This document shows positions 1 to 11,181 of a stretch of 64,000 nt of DNA, one piece after another. The stretch is taken from NCBI GenBank assembly GCA_024346625.1, contig AP024665.1, forward strand, positions 1,116,001-1,180,000. The letters run 5' to 3'. The notes below the pieces were generated by a model. The model saw only the letters and a list, made by a program, of their open reading frames with translations. It was not told the origin of the DNA and did not search any database. Source of the stretch: Williopsis jadinii. Its lineage: Eukaryota. Every line of letters starts with the position of its first letter. The stretch's first letter is position 1. Made by a program: the position numbers and the translations under genes.

Positions 1-93
1 GATCAGGACGATAGCGATGATGAGAGCGTTCTCAGGAAGAGAAGCGTGAGTTGTGTCGAGCTCAGGGTGTATAAGCCATTTGACCTACAGTGA
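1..93 (+). CDS. POP7: 3' end of RNase P/MRP subunit Pop7 (Rpp20 family), truncated by the window start
   Basis: Frame 1 reads DQDDSDDESVLRKRSVSCVELRVYKPFDLQ*. An acidic stretch followed by LRKRxVSxVELR(V/I)Y matches the recalled Pop7 C-terminus. Confidence 0.7.
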   Translation, partial: DQDDSDDESVLRKRSVSCVELRVYKPFDLQ

Positions 94-115
94 GATAGCA
101 TAGACATCAATTCGT

Positions 116-565
116 TCAATTCATGGCCTCAAGTTTCTTCGTACACTGTTCCCTCAGGTACTCCAACTCCGACCATTCTGTCTGGATGCGCTTCCTCGGA
201 AGGTCCTTAAACAGCGTCAATCCACACTCTACAACTTCGAGGCATCTGGCGTACTGTCTCTTGTAGTACAAGTTCTGCGACAAGTTTTCCAGCTTCAGCC
301 TATCGCTCTTCACCTCAGGGTCTATCTTGTCGTATTCGATCTTTTCCAGCCAGTCCAACGTGTTTATCACAGGACCTTCTTTGGCAAATTGTCTTCTCTG
401 TACTTCGAACTCATCCTCCGTCTGGCCTTTTCTGACCTTTAGCTTCCCTGAGCCTTTCGACACCAGAACTTCACCGTTATTGAACGAGGTTTTATCGTTA
501 CCAACTCGAACAGCAGCTTCTTTCGATACCTGATTGGCCTCCATCTGTATCACTTTCCTAAGCAT
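116..565 (-). CDS. Conserved hypothetical protein, probably YPL108W-like
   Basis: 149-aa ORF with KLKVRKGQTEDEF and LYYKRQYARCLE...ELEYL motifs, recalled as similar to YPL108W. The window also holds the YPL109C-YPL111W orthologs (CQD1, GDE1, CAR1). Confidence 0.55.
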   Translation of the reverse strand: MLRKVIQMEANQVSKEAAVRVGNDKTSFNNGEVLVSKGSGKLKVRKGQTEDEFEVQRRQFAKEGPVINTLDWLEKIEYDKIDPEVKSDRLKLENLSQNLYYKRQYARCLEVVECGLTLFKDLPRKRIQTEWSELEYLREQCTKKLEAMN

Positions 566-639
566 TAATGTGATTGAAGTCTTGCTACTTTTATAGAAGT
601 GTTCTTTTTTTTGGCTTTAAATTTTTTTTTCTATGTATG

Positions 640-647
640 GCGATGAG
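640..647. promoter_or_regulatory. PAC element (GCGATGAG) upstream of the 116..565 gene
   Basis: Exact GCGATGAG next to AAATTTTTTTTT and GAAATTTC tracts, about 75 nt upstream of the ATG. Confidence 0.55.
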
Positions 648-683
648 CTGGAAATTTCGTCTCGGCCCTGTTGGCTTAAGCCT

Positions 684-1362
684 TCAGCTTCTCCCAATCA
701 CAACGTCATAGCCAGGTGCATAGTAACACTCCTGGCAGTCCTCGTCAGCTACACCGTTCTCATGGATCATCACCGCAAAGTCCAGATTGTCGACGAGTGA
801 AATCATTGGGGCGTGCCATGTTCCTGTTGTTGGAGGTTAGTGAGCTGGACATATTCAGCTTTTGCTGGCGATGCATTAACTGTGGAAACTTACCGGGTGC
901 GTAGGTCACTGCTTGGTCTCCTCTACAGATGAACGCCTCGACTTGGTCTGTGATGGGCATTGCCTCATCGTCCTTATGCCCACAGATCACGACGTATGCG
1001 TTTTCGTTGCCTTTATCAACGCCCATTGGTATGAAAGTCTGGGAGCTGAAGGGATGTCTCTCGAGAACCTTTGCAGTGTAGTGCAGCTCCCCGTCTATAT
1101 CTTGGAGCAGGTGATTCGGAGGCGAACATCTGAATATGTTCCAGTTCGGTGTCGCTTCAGTGCCAGATGGTGCATTTGCGAATAGATTCTCAATCTTGGA
1201 GACCTTGTGTAGCTTCACTGCGGTGCCGTAGTTTGCACTGGACTTATCAGAAGAGCCCAATTGCTCTCTCGCTGATATACAAGTACCAAATGGTCCAAAA
1301 CCTTCCGGGGTCAAAGGCTTACAACGGATCGTTTGTGATGTTTTGTACTCTTTCAACGGCAT
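684..1362 (-). CDS. DAL3: Ureidoglycolate lyase; 2 exons (intron 824..893)
   Basis: LERHPFSSQTFIPMG motif. Splicing the GTAAGT...CACTAAC...CAG intron restores TYAPGTWHAPM and the C-terminus HENGVADEDCQECYY...GRS*. Confidence 0.92.
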
Positions 1363-1809
1363 ATTCTCCTGGTGTACAATCACTGGGCTTATGAGGAGGG
1401 AGTGATTGACTTCTTTTTCCCCCTTCTTTCATAAATCAATCTGATGTTGAAGTTTTCAAGCGGACATCTCCGGCATCCCCAGAGATAAGCAGCTACAATC
1501 ACCACTCCCCATTGACATCCTTGTTCAGAAGTGTATATGTACAAGTAACGAGGCACATTTAGCCCAAGTTGATCTAAATTACCCAAGTACAACAGAATCT
1601 TACACCAATTGACACCTCAAACCACCGTGCTCCCCGTGTCAACCCTCCCTGCCTCCAAGGAGCCGGTGGTGTGCTTGGGGAGGTGGTGTTCGGATGTGAT
1701 GAGCCCATATACCAAATGGGGATATTTTCTTTTAGGCCAGGCTGCTTCTCTGCTCAATTGCTCTAAGCAATCGAGCTAGACGGCGTAGGAAGACTGAAAA
1801 CACTTCAAT

Positions 1810-2247
1810 ATGAGTTGGATTCAGAAGAAGATTCCACTTCAGGCACGTTCAAGGGGTGTTTATCTCATCACAGAAGAAGTCGAGCATGCGTTGCCCGAGT
1901 TGAGAGACTTCAAAGTTGGTGTTCTGCATCTGTTCATCCAGCACACATCAGCTGCTCTATCGCTAAACGAGAACTGGGATTCTGACGTTAGAGCGGACAT
2001 GAATGATGCTTTGAACGCACTGGTGCCTGATGATCACGAAGGCAGGTTCAGACATACGGGTGCCGGCGAAGGTCCGGACGATATGGCTGGCCACATCAAA
2101 TCAACACTGGTTGGTGCATCGTTATCGATCCCAATTACAAACGGTCGTTTAGCAACAGGCACATGGCAAGGGATCTATCTTCTTGAGTTTAGAGATTATA
2201 GACACCAGAGAAACATCGTGGCTACGATAAACGGTGAAAAGAAATAA
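1810..2247 (+). CDS. UPF0047/YjbQ-family protein
   Basis: HTSAALSLNEN, EGPDDMAGHIKS and GTWQGIYLLEFR are hallmark UPF0047 motifs. Confidence 0.92.
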   Translation: MSWIQKKIPLQARSRGVYLITEEVEHALPELRDFKVGVLHLFIQHTSAALSLNENWDSDVRADMNDALNALVPDDHEGRFRHTGAGEGPDDMAGHIKSTLVGASLSIPITNGRLATGTWQGIYLLEFRDYRHQRNIVATINGEKK

Positions 2248-2253
2248 ACCACG

Positions 2254-2837
2254 TTAGATTTCGAATCCTGTTAGTTCCTCATCTTTTTCGAAGTAGGATG
2301 TAAACCCAACAACGGTTCCGTATATGAGAACACCGCCTGATAGCGTTAACAGTAGTGAGATCAAATTTATAATGCGTACATGGAATAGAATCAGTGGAAA
2401 TAACAGTGCAGATGATGCAAACAGGCCACTTAGGAACTTCCCAAGATCCACAATGTTCCTGAAAGAGTGAGACGTTAGTAAGGAAAAATTACTATAGGTT
2501 GGACGGTCATATCGGGAGATAGAACAAAGCCGGAAAAGCACACATACTGTGATGACTCTGACATGAAATCATCAGAGGACCATTGGTTACAAATGATTGT
2601 AGGTATATGTGCAACGAGGAAGAACAGAGCTGCAAAGTGTTGTTAGAGGAAGTCTTATTTTTATGTGTTTCCTTTCATGTCGTGGTTGTTGAAACAGAGA
2701 GATGAGGTTAACGTACCTGATATCATTGGTAACCAGTTACCATAGAGAGCACCTGCCAACACTGTAAAGAGGAATCCCACAGCGAGAACCAATGAGAGAC
2801 CAATGATTCGCGATAATGGCGATGAGAATAGTCCCAT
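2254..2837 (-). CDS. VPS55: Vps55/OB-RGRP family membrane protein; 3 exons (introns 2630..2716 and 2459..2547)
   Basis: Spliced product MGLFSSPLSRIIGLSLVLAVGFL...NWLPMISALFFLVAHIP...DDFMSESSQNIVDLGKFLSG... Donors GTACGT and GTATGT, branch points CTAAC and TACTAAC, CAG acceptors. Confidence 0.88.
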
Positions 2838-3057
2838 GTTATAAATAAATTTAGAGCTATTGAAATGAAACAGTGCTTTCTTGAAGGACCAAGTGATCAA
2901 GTTTTGATATCCTGGGGGGTTTTGTGTGTGTTTTGTGTGTGTTTTCGGTTGATCAAATTCGCGAACTTGTTAGTTTTAGTTTTTTTTTTGCTTTTTCCAA
3001 TTTTCAAAATTTCGGAGATGAGGGCTTATATCCGAAAGCTTAAAGCTTAAATGCCTG

Positions 3058-3089
3058 ACGCGAAAGACGCGAAATGAAAAAACGCGAAA
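3058..3089 (+). promoter_or_regulatory. Three MCB/SCB-type ACGCGAAA elements upstream of RFC4
   Basis: ACGCGAAA at 3058, 3067 and 3082, about 90-115 nt upstream of the RFC4 ATG. Confidence 0.65.
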
Positions 3090-3173
3090 CTCATTACTCT
3101 TTTCAACTCTCAACATCAGCATATTTACTCCTAACCTTTGAGAAGCAAGCTGTCAGTCTGGAAAAGCTCAAAG

Positions 3174-4214
3174 ATGACAAACTATGCATTGAAACTTGAA
3201 CTTCCATGGTAAGTGTACTCATGTTATTGTCTATGCATTGCAAACTCCTGTTCTTCTGGTTACTGACACCACGGCAGGGTTGAGAAGTACAGACCACATC
3301 TACTGAAAGACGTTGTGGGAAACACCGAAACCATTGAACGTCTTCAACTCATCGCCAAAGAGGGTAACATGCCACACCTCATCATATCGGGACTGCCAGG
3401 TATTGGTAAAACCACCTCGATCCATTGCTTGGCCCATGAATTGCTGGGAGATGCCTATAACAATGCGGTTCTCGAGTTGAACGCTTCAGACGACCGTGGT
3501 ATCGACGTTGTTCGTAACAAAATCAAACAGTTTGCACAGAAGAAGGTCCAGCTACCAAAGGGCAGACATAAAATCATCATATTGGATGAAGCAGATTCCA
3601 TGACACCAGGAGCACAACAAGCGTTGAGACGTACAATGGAGATATACTCCAATACAACACGTTTCGCATTTGCATGCAATCAGAGTAATAAGATCATTGA
3701 ACCTCTTCAATCCCGTTGTGCCATCTTGAGATACGGTAAATTGGCAGACGAAGAAGTTTTGAAGAGACTTTTAGAAATCATCAAGAAGGAAGACGTGAAG
3801 TACTCCAACGATGGCCTGGAGGCCTTGATATTTACCGCAGAAGGTGATATGAGACAGGCCATAAATAACCTACAGTCCACAGTTGCCGGGTTTGGGTTTG
3901 TCAATGGGGAAAATGTATTCAAGATTGTCGACTCACCACACCCATTGGTGATTAAAAAGATGATAATGAGTAGTGTTGAAGGTGACATTGACACTGCGTT
4001 GGAATATTTGAAGACTCTATGGGATAAAGGTTACTCTGCAATTGATATCGCTTCAACGAGCTTCAAAGTTACAAAGAATTTGACAACACTCTCAGAGGCA
4101 AAGAGACTCGATGTTATGAAGGAGATTGGTGTTACACACATGAGGGTACTAGAAGGTGTTGGATCTTTTTTACAACTGAGCGCACTCATAGCGAGAATTT
4201 CCTACTTGAAGTAA
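3174..4214 (+). CDS. RFC4: Replication factor C subunit 4; 2 exons (intron 3209..3277)
   Basis: Splicing GTAAGT...TACTGAC...CAG gives [18 protein letters not shown]. Walker [24 protein letters not shown] and SRC motifs are present. Confidence 0.95.
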
Positions 4215-4253
4215 TCTTCATAAGTTCATTTTTTATAATGGCGTATACTGTTG

Positions 4254-6318
4254 TTAATAGTTTGGACAAAGTCCATCTGATTTGACCAATCTGTAAATCT
4301 ATAGTGAAATTTGTTAGTGGTGGTCCTTTTTGCTTTAACATTGCGATCTTATTGAAAGAGATTGTACTTACATCTTGTACACTCAAGCTGATGAATTGTC
4401 TCACCTCTAAAGCAATCCAAACCTTGAGCATTGATAACTTATCTCCTGCATCTAGTAGCTTACGGTCATGAAGACCTACTTGTCTCAGAATAGGCAGTGA
4501 GCTTGATGATTGGTGTTAGTGTTCTGGTATTCCGTTTAAAAGTGTAAACCATACCCACCTTGCAAACAGATCCATATCGGGATCCAATTGTCGTCCAATT
4601 CCTTCCAAGAGCAAAATCGCTACAACGACAGAGACGAAATCACCCTCCATACGAACATGGTGCACCCTAACCATGGAAAGCATTCTATCCAGTAAGTCAC
4701 CAATCGACACAGTTCCCAAAGTGAAAGTTCTCTGCTTGATCTTATCAACCAATCGCTCAGTTTTTAGCGCAAATATTTCAGGATCAATTGCAGTCTCTGG
4801 GGTCTTGGAACGCTCAATCATAAGCTCACCAGCTTTATAGCCATCAAACTCTGCTAACGCGTTGAAAAGGGCAATGAAATTAACACGGTTCTTCTCATTC
4901 AGCTCTGTTACTAATCCAGCATCGATATAACACACTTCTGGATAGAATCCCATTTCCGTAAGCTGGTTCAGCTCCGATGATAAAGTTTCGAGGTCATCTG
5001 CCTTTTTCAATTTGGTGGAAATTTGATCCCGTTGAACATCAGTTGACAAGATATCGTTGTTCATTTCGTTTGGCTTCACAAATCTAACAAAGATGTTACC
5101 AGGGTGCAAATCAGAGTGGATGAAATTCCCCAAGATCAACATATGCAAGAACGAATCTATAACTTTATCACTCAACTTGTGTGATAGTTCATTGTTCAAC
5201 TTGTTGTTTTGCTTCAACTCCAAAATCGTTGACATTTGCAGCCCATTGATGTACTCTTCAACCAGGATATCTCTATTACAATAAGTCAGATAGGGTGTTG
5301 GGAAATTAACAAAGAAATCATCTTTGTAATTCTCCTGGAACCGTTGCAAGTTCAGCGCCTCAATTCTCAGATCCAGTTGTAAGTTCATCAGTATGCCAAA
5401 GTTTTTAACCTCATCTGGCAGTGAAAGCCATTCCATCGTTGGGATAATATCAATGGCACTTGCAAAGAAGTTCATAACCTTCAAATCTCTATGTATTTCT
5501 CGTTCAACATTTGGATGCATCACTTTAATCGCAACCTTTTGATTTGGCAATGGTGCATCGTTGAACACTGTGTCAAACCAAGACCTCTTGTTCTTCACCG
5601 CGTGGAATTCAACATTCTCCAAAACTTTCTTGGATAGCGTCGCCGTGTAGACCTGCGCAATCGCACCAACACCAACAGGTGTCTCGTTGAATTCTTGAAA
5701 GATTTCATCAAAAGGCAGTCCAAACGACTGCGACAGGGCACTCTTTGTGTAAGATAGGCTGTGGGCCTTGGAATTGGAGTGTAAAGATCCCAGCTCTTCA
5801 CAGAGCGCACGTGGGAAGATATCAGTTCTTGAGGCGGCCCATTGACCCAACTTCACAAAGGAAGCACCAGCATTCTCCAGAGAGATCTTCAAGATCTTGA
5901 ACCAGAGCTTTTCACCACGGGTCCCAAACCATCCCACAGGTATTGTTAACAGCACAGGGAGGAATATCACGCTCAATTCCACAAACCTCCCTATTGTATG
6001 TAGAGGGTCCCATACATAATCCACAAGGAAAAACCGTAGTTTGTAGATCCATCTCCATTTACTCGAGAGCCGTACTTCACGGTATCTAGCATGCTCATCC
6101 TCAAGTTCTCTTTGCGACGAGATGAACAGCCCTTGCTCAAACGTATCACCTTGTGGAGCCGGCTTCAGCATCTCGTTATTCAAAGGACGGGGAGCAAGTT
6201 GCGATGAGATTGCTATTCCGGTACAGAGGCCGGTTCCCAGAGCCAGTTGTCTCACGAGAGGCCTCTTAGCGCACAGTTGAAGTGCTTGCAGTTGCCTTGA
6301 CCTCACAAACCGGAACAT
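4254..6318 (-). CDS. CQD1: Mitochondrial ABC1/UbiB atypical kinase (YPL109C/Cqd1); 3 exons (introns 4502..4558 and 4299..4371)
   Basis: KLGQWAASRTDIFP, GVGAIAQVY, VAIKV, HSDLHPGN and DAGLV motifs. Splicing yields DLFASSLPILR...MLKVWIALEVRQ...IYRLVKSDGLCPNY*. Confidence 0.88.
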
Positions 6319-6546
6319 CTTGCCTTGGCTCCGTTTATCAGCTCAGTGGTGTGGTGAAGCGGTCTAAGCGAAGTATTAATGCTTCGTTTGCTCCTTCCAT
6401 TATTCCCCGAGTGTTGATGTTTACGTTTTTTCGCTTTTTGCTTTGCGGGCTTACCTCCGTGTTTGGAAAGCACAAACACCCCGATACTACGTTGTCAAGA
6501 GCAATAAAACAAGGCGCTTGGGCAAGGTCACGAGGAATCGTTGGAG

Positions 6547-8214
6547 ATGTCAACGGCGGTAGATAAGCGGACGGATGAGAATCAGCCAGGACAAGTTTCA
6601 CAACAAGCGCCCCATCCACTGTTGAAAGCGCTGTTTGATAATTGGGAGGAGCCGAAGTACCAGGTCCCATCACAACAAAGTAAGGATGTGGCGTTGGAAT
6701 TTGGAGATGAAGGCCATTCATTGGAGGAGGTGAGGTTTCTCCAGACCACGAGACCGTCGCAGTTCGACGATGAGGATGAATTGGTACAGTTCAAAGACAC
6801 CCTGGAGCAGTTTGAAGAGGTGTTGATGCCCCTTGGTGGTTTCCTCAAACGGTTCAATGAGCAGCTGGCAAACCTCTCTAAAGAGCTGGAGAGCTTGAAG
6901 ACCAAGGCCACTGCGCTCTCGTCGAATCTTGATCGTGAGCGTGAGCTGGAGCAGAAGTATTCACCTATGGTTGGTGATTTGGCGATACCTCCGGAGGTTG
7001 TGAGGGAGATCTACAACGGAGAGGTGAACAAATCGTGGTGTGAAGTGCTGAATGTGATTGAGGATAAGAGGTTGATCTATGAGAAATACACTGAGGAACA
7101 CCACATGGAGCTTGTGGCGCCCTTGAAGCAACTATTGGAGGCTTTAAACAAGAAGGCATTGGAACGCATTAAGATGTTTGTTGTCTCCAAGATTAAAAAG
7201 CTGAGAGTTGTTGGCACTCCATCTCAAGTGGTTCAAAGCGAACTGCTGGGTGCGAAGGAGGCATTCAATTACTTGCAGAAGCAGGAGCCTTCATTGGCGT
7301 TGGAGCTGAAACAGGCATATATCTACACGATGAGATGGTACTACAAGGCGTACTTCCACAGATATGTCAGCTCATTGGCCAAATTACACCTTCAATTGTA
7401 CGAGAAGAGCGCACTGATAGGTGGTGTCCAGTCATATTTCCATACACAGCAGACAGAGTATACGATTGGTAAGAGAAGCTCGATAGTCACCGCAGAAGAC
7501 CCCACGGTCATGCCGGCACAAATTGCAGAGCACAACCCAGCAAAGTCATGCGTGGAGGTTGGGTTTAGAAGTTTCAACTTGGCATTGTGCGATAATGCCA
7601 GTGTTGAATTCCTCTTCATGTCTGAATTCTTTGGAGAAAATGTCAATGCACTTCTGGAGCAGATCCTGGACCCAACGTATCAGTTGGGCTCTGCTTATAC
7701 GAAGTCGTTGATCACGAATTCCTACGACATATTTGGCGTCTTGATAATGATCAGATTATCCCAGTCTCTGATCTTTGAATTGCAAAAGAGAAGAATTCCA
7801 GCTGTTGAAGACTATCTAAACCTACAAATGATCTTACTCTGGCCTAGATTTCAACAGCTGGTCGATGCAAATTGTGAGAACTTGAAGAGAGCAGCTTCCA
7901 AGTCATCTGCCATAACCATGATTAGCACATCAGCACCGCATCCATTGACCATTCAATTTACCAATTTGATCTACGGCTTTCACCAATTGACACACAAGGA
8001 AACACAGACCACACAGGAACCCTTGTCTCAGTCTATCCAAAGGCTGAGAAACGACTATGAACAAGTTATGACAAAATTGAGTAAGAACACCAAACAAGCT
8101 GAGCTGTTCCTCTACACAAACTATGCACATGTACTCAGTGTCCTCACAGAATGTGAGAGCTCAACTGAGAGAGATCATTTCCAAGTTCTTGTGAGTGCTT
8201 TCGAGCCTTCATAG
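6547..8214 (+). CDS. VPS52: GARP complex subunit Vps52
   Basis: AYIYTMRWYY, FRSFNLALCDNASVEF and LLWPRFQ motifs, with an N-terminal coiled coil. Confidence 0.92.
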   Translation: MSTAVDKRTDENQPGQVSQQAPHPLLKALFDNWEEPKYQVPSQQSKDVALEFGDEGHSLEEVRFLQTTRPSQFDDEDELVQFKDTLEQFEEVLMPLGGFLKRFNEQLANLSKELESLKTKATALSSNLDRERELEQKYSPMVGDLAIPPEVVREIYNGEVNKSWCEVLNVIEDKRLIYEKYTEEHHMELVAPLKQLLEALNKKALERIKMFVVSKIKKLRVVGTPSQVVQSELLGAKEAFNYLQKQEPSLALELKQAYIYTMRWYYKAYFHRYVSSLAKLHLQLYEKSALIGGVQSYFHTQQTEYTIGKRSSIVTAEDPTVMPAQIAEHNPAKSCVEVGFRSFNLALCDNASVEFLFMSEFFGENVNALLEQILDPTYQLGSAYTKSLITNSYDIFGVLIMIRLSQSLIFELQKRRIPAVEDYLNLQMILLWPRFQQLVDANCENLKRAASKSSAITMISTSAPHPLTIQFTNLIYGFHQLTHKETQTTQEPLSQSIQRLRNDYEQVMTKLSKNTKQAELFLYTNYAHVLSVLTECESSTERDHFQVLVSAFEPS

Positions 8215-8418
8215 ATTCCATAGACTGTACATTGAATTCATTTTTATCAGTGCTTTGTAGGGCTAAAATACAGTGGAAGTTGATGAAATTTGTGATGAGT
8301 CCTAAATTCAGAGTATACGCTGAAAAATTCTTGATGATACGAGGAATATTTTATGACTGGTAACATCACGTTCGACTATAAGTTCAAGCATGGATGCCCA
8401 CACTCGCTAGTTGAAGAT

Positions 8419-10386
8419 ATGTCACTCACCAAGGAAATAGCAGTTACACCCACTCAGGCCAAGATCATCCGGCATCCAATTGAGAAGAAGAAAACCCTCA
8501 ACATCATCTCAGGTCCCGGTGCAGGCAAGACAACGACTCTTGTGAACAAAGTAGCGTATATGATTGGGGAAGAGATTGTGAAACCTGAGAAAGTATTGGT
8601 GCTAAGTATGACTAATAGGGCCGTTAATGGGTTCCTTTCTCGGTTACAGGATCAATTGGATGAAGAGACTGCGGCATTGACCGATATTGAGACATTCCAC
8701 GGCCTAGCTCACCGTGAATTGATGAAGTACGACCCGAGCTACGGGTTCTCGGAACTAATTGAGGATCCAGGATGGCGTGTACTAGGGATGATGTCTGGTG
8801 TGAAGAGAAAGTTTGAGCTACAACGTATAGTTGAGCTCCTGAAGACCAGGGGACTAACAGCTGATGAGCGTGATGAGATTGCTTCAAAGCACAGACTCTC
8901 AAGAGAAACTATTGATGAACTGTTCAAGATTCTGGAGACTTCACAAGCAGTGACGTACAATGAGTTCTTAAGAGACTACAAACGACTGCTAAGAGATGGG
9001 AAGATCAAGACAGACTATGACGTTGTTATTGTTGACGAGTTCCAGGATGTCTATCCTGAATTGTGGGAGCTGGTGGAACTGTTAGCCAGAAATTCACACT
9101 TGATAGTCGCTGGCGATCCATACCAGAGTATCTACGGATTCCTTGGTGACAATGGTATAGTACAAAGCCAACTAGAGCACTTCCATGAAATGGACAGAGT
9201 TGAAATGTACGACTGTTTCAGGTCTCCGCCAGAGGTCATCAAATCGTCTGAGTACATCATTGAAACAGACCGTGGAGTTAAATCGTACCTCAAAGGTGAA
9301 AAGCCTATATTGATGAAGATGAGAGACTCAACAGAGCAGTTTGAATATGTCATTGATGAAATCATGAGGCTGGTAACAGAATCAAACGATGCTGTGAAGT
9401 TGGGCGACATCGCAGTGCTAACAAGAACCAATAGGGAACTGGAGGAGTTGATCAAGATGTTGAACAAGTACGGCTTGGACACTTTGAAACTAAGCTCGTC
9501 TCCTTCATGGTGTGATGGCAACCTCTTCTACCTCGTGGACTATATGCGTATCCTGAACAACCCCCAGAGATCCCACTTTGCAGTGATATGTACCTTATTG
9601 CTATTGCCAGAGATTGGGCCCGTCACTGTGAGGAATATTGAAGCAAGGGCAAGACGCAACAAGATGAGTCTTTACGACTATTTAGTTGAGCACCGTGATA
9701 AGCTGAAACCTCAGTTACAGGCCTATATTGATGTCATGGAAGACACGAGACTGAGCTTGGATCCCAACAGCACGAGCGACATAATGGATAAGCTGCTGAT
9801 CATCGCTGATGAATTGGGCCTACGTAAGTTCCTCTCGAGGAGTATACTGTTTGATGATGATAAGAACCACGTCACGACCCAGGTCTTAGACTTTAACGAA
9901 TCTTTGAAGATGTTTGCCCAGTTGAAACCTGATAACCAAACAGTGCTGGAGTACTTCCTGCAATCGTACATGGATCGCTTACCAATATCCACGGTGAAGG
10001 ATGCCGTTAAAGTAAGCACGATTCATTCATCAAAGGGACTCGAATTTCCAGTGGTATTCATGATCGGCTCTAAGCCAGCGTTGTTGCCTCGAGAGCACTT
10101 AAGCCCTGAAGATCGAAGAGTGTACTACGTTGGAATGACAAGAGCCAAACATTTGCTATACAACACAGTTGTTGAGAATAAGGACTGGCCCATAGATATG
10201 GGACGCATAAAGAAGGAGGCTGGCCATCTGTTTCAATTCAATTCTCCAGTTCTTTCAGAGTCTTTACTGTCAAAGTTCAGACCATCGACTCAGGTCAGGT
10301 CCTTCCATACAAGGCCAAAGACCTCGCAGCCTCTAATAGTGTCTTCGCTTATCAAAGGACTCAGACTTTTGCAAAGAACTCGCTAG
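8419..10386 (+). CDS. HMI1: UvrD/Rep-family mitochondrial DNA helicase (alternative start 8353)
   Basis: GPGAGKT, VDEFQD, GDPYQSIYGF, STIHSSKGLEF and YVGMTRAK motifs, a basic amphipathic C-terminal tail, and proximity to RFC4 as recalled for S. cerevisiae. Confidence 0.85.
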   Translation: MSLTKEIAVTPTQAKIIRHPIEKKKTLNIISGPGAGKTTTLVNKVAYMIGEEIVKPEKVLVLSMTNRAVNGFLSRLQDQLDEETAALTDIETFHGLAHRELMKYDPSYGFSELIEDPGWRVLGMMSGVKRKFELQRIVELLKTRGLTADERDEIASKHRLSRETIDELFKILETSQAVTYNEFLRDYKRLLRDGKIKTDYDVVIVDEFQDVYPELWELVELLARNSHLIVAGDPYQSIYGFLGDNGIVQSQLEHFHEMDRVEMYDCFRSPPEVIKSSEYIIETDRGVKSYLKGEKPILMKMRDSTEQFEYVIDEIMRLVTESNDAVKLGDIAVLTRTNRELEELIKMLNKYGLDTLKLSSSPSWCDGNLFYLVDYMRILNNPQRSHFAVICTLLLLPEIGPVTVRNIEARARRNKMSLYDYLVEHRDKLKPQLQAYIDVMEDTRLSLDPNSTSDIMDKLLIIADELGLRKFLSRSILFDDDKNHVTTQVLDFNESLKMFAQLKPDNQTVLEYFLQSYMDRLPISTVKDAVKVSTIHSSKGLEFPVVFMIGSKPALLPREHLSPEDRRVYYVGMTRAKHLLYNTVVENKDWPIDMGRIKKEAGHLFQFNSPVLSESLLSKFRPSTQVRSFHTRPKTSQPLIVSSLIKGLRLLQRTR

Positions 10387-10395
10387 AGGCACAAT

Positions 10396-11046
10396 CTACT
10401 TCTTCTTCTTCTCAACTTTGTTCTTCTTCTCAACTTTGTTCTTCTTCTGTACTTTTACTGGAGCAGAGGTCTCCAGCATTTTCACGTTAAGTTCACGTAG
10501 TTTAACTTCCTCCAACCAGGGTACCTGTACATCTGGAGTTGATTCTAGCAACGTCTTGAAGCTTGTGGGTATGATACCGTTATCAAACATACCTAAGATG
10601 GTGCACCGTCTGGCCAATTTCTCTCCTAGTTGTGAAGCTGAGCCTCTTGGGAGCTGTATGAGCTTCACCTTGACACCACGGGAGGCTGTGTAGCAGAGCA
10701 CAGGAAACTGTTGTATGAGCAGCTGCGGCGTGATATCAGGCTTACAGACAAACACGTATCGTATCTTCTTCTCCAGGTGCTTTTTGTGTGGTCTAGCTTG
10801 AGCCTCTAAGGACTTCACCGTCGAGTTGAATCCTATGGTCAGCTCCTTCAAGATCTCCGGCTTTGGTGGTTTGTCGTCGTCTTTAATGCCATTCCATAGT
10901 GAAACCTCTTGTAGTTGATTCAGCAGAAATTCTAGTATATGGCCTTGCAATTCCTGCTCTATAAAAGGGAATTCCACGGCCGGGAACGGGTTCTCCAGAA
11001 GAGGCTTAAAGACGGCTCTACGCTTCTCAATCTGCTTCAAAGACAT
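10396..11046 (-). CDS. POP3: RNase P/MRP subunit Pop3
   Basis: RRAVFKPLLENPF, IGFNSTVKSLE, YVFVCK and VKLIQLPRGS motifs (L7Ae-like Pop3), plus a lysine-rich tail. Confidence 0.8.
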   Translation of the reverse strand: MSLKQIEKRRAVFKPLLENPFPAVEFPFIEQELQGHILEFLLNQLQEVSLWNGIKDDDKPPKPEILKELTIGFNSTVKSLEAQARPHKKHLEKKIRYVFVCKPDITPQLLIQQFPVLCYTASRGVKVKLIQLPRGSASQLGEKLARRCTILGMFDNGIIPTSFKTLLESTPDVQVPWLEEVKLRELNVKMLETSAPVKVQKKNKVEKKNKVEKKKK

Positions 11047-11150
11047 TCCGTGTTCTCAGCACTTTCCTCTCTCTTAGAGCCTGGCATTAGTTGTTGATTG
11101 ATGTGAGAGCACATCGGAAATTTTTCGTTTTCTCGGCCCTCGGAGGGAAA

Positions 11151-11151
<1 letters not shown>

Positions 11152-11181
<30 letters not shown>

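Noticed and set aside
760..893. ORF-track C-terminus of DAL3 (KFPQLMHRQQ...)
   Set aside because: Intron read-through. The spliced form restores the conserved WHAPM motif.
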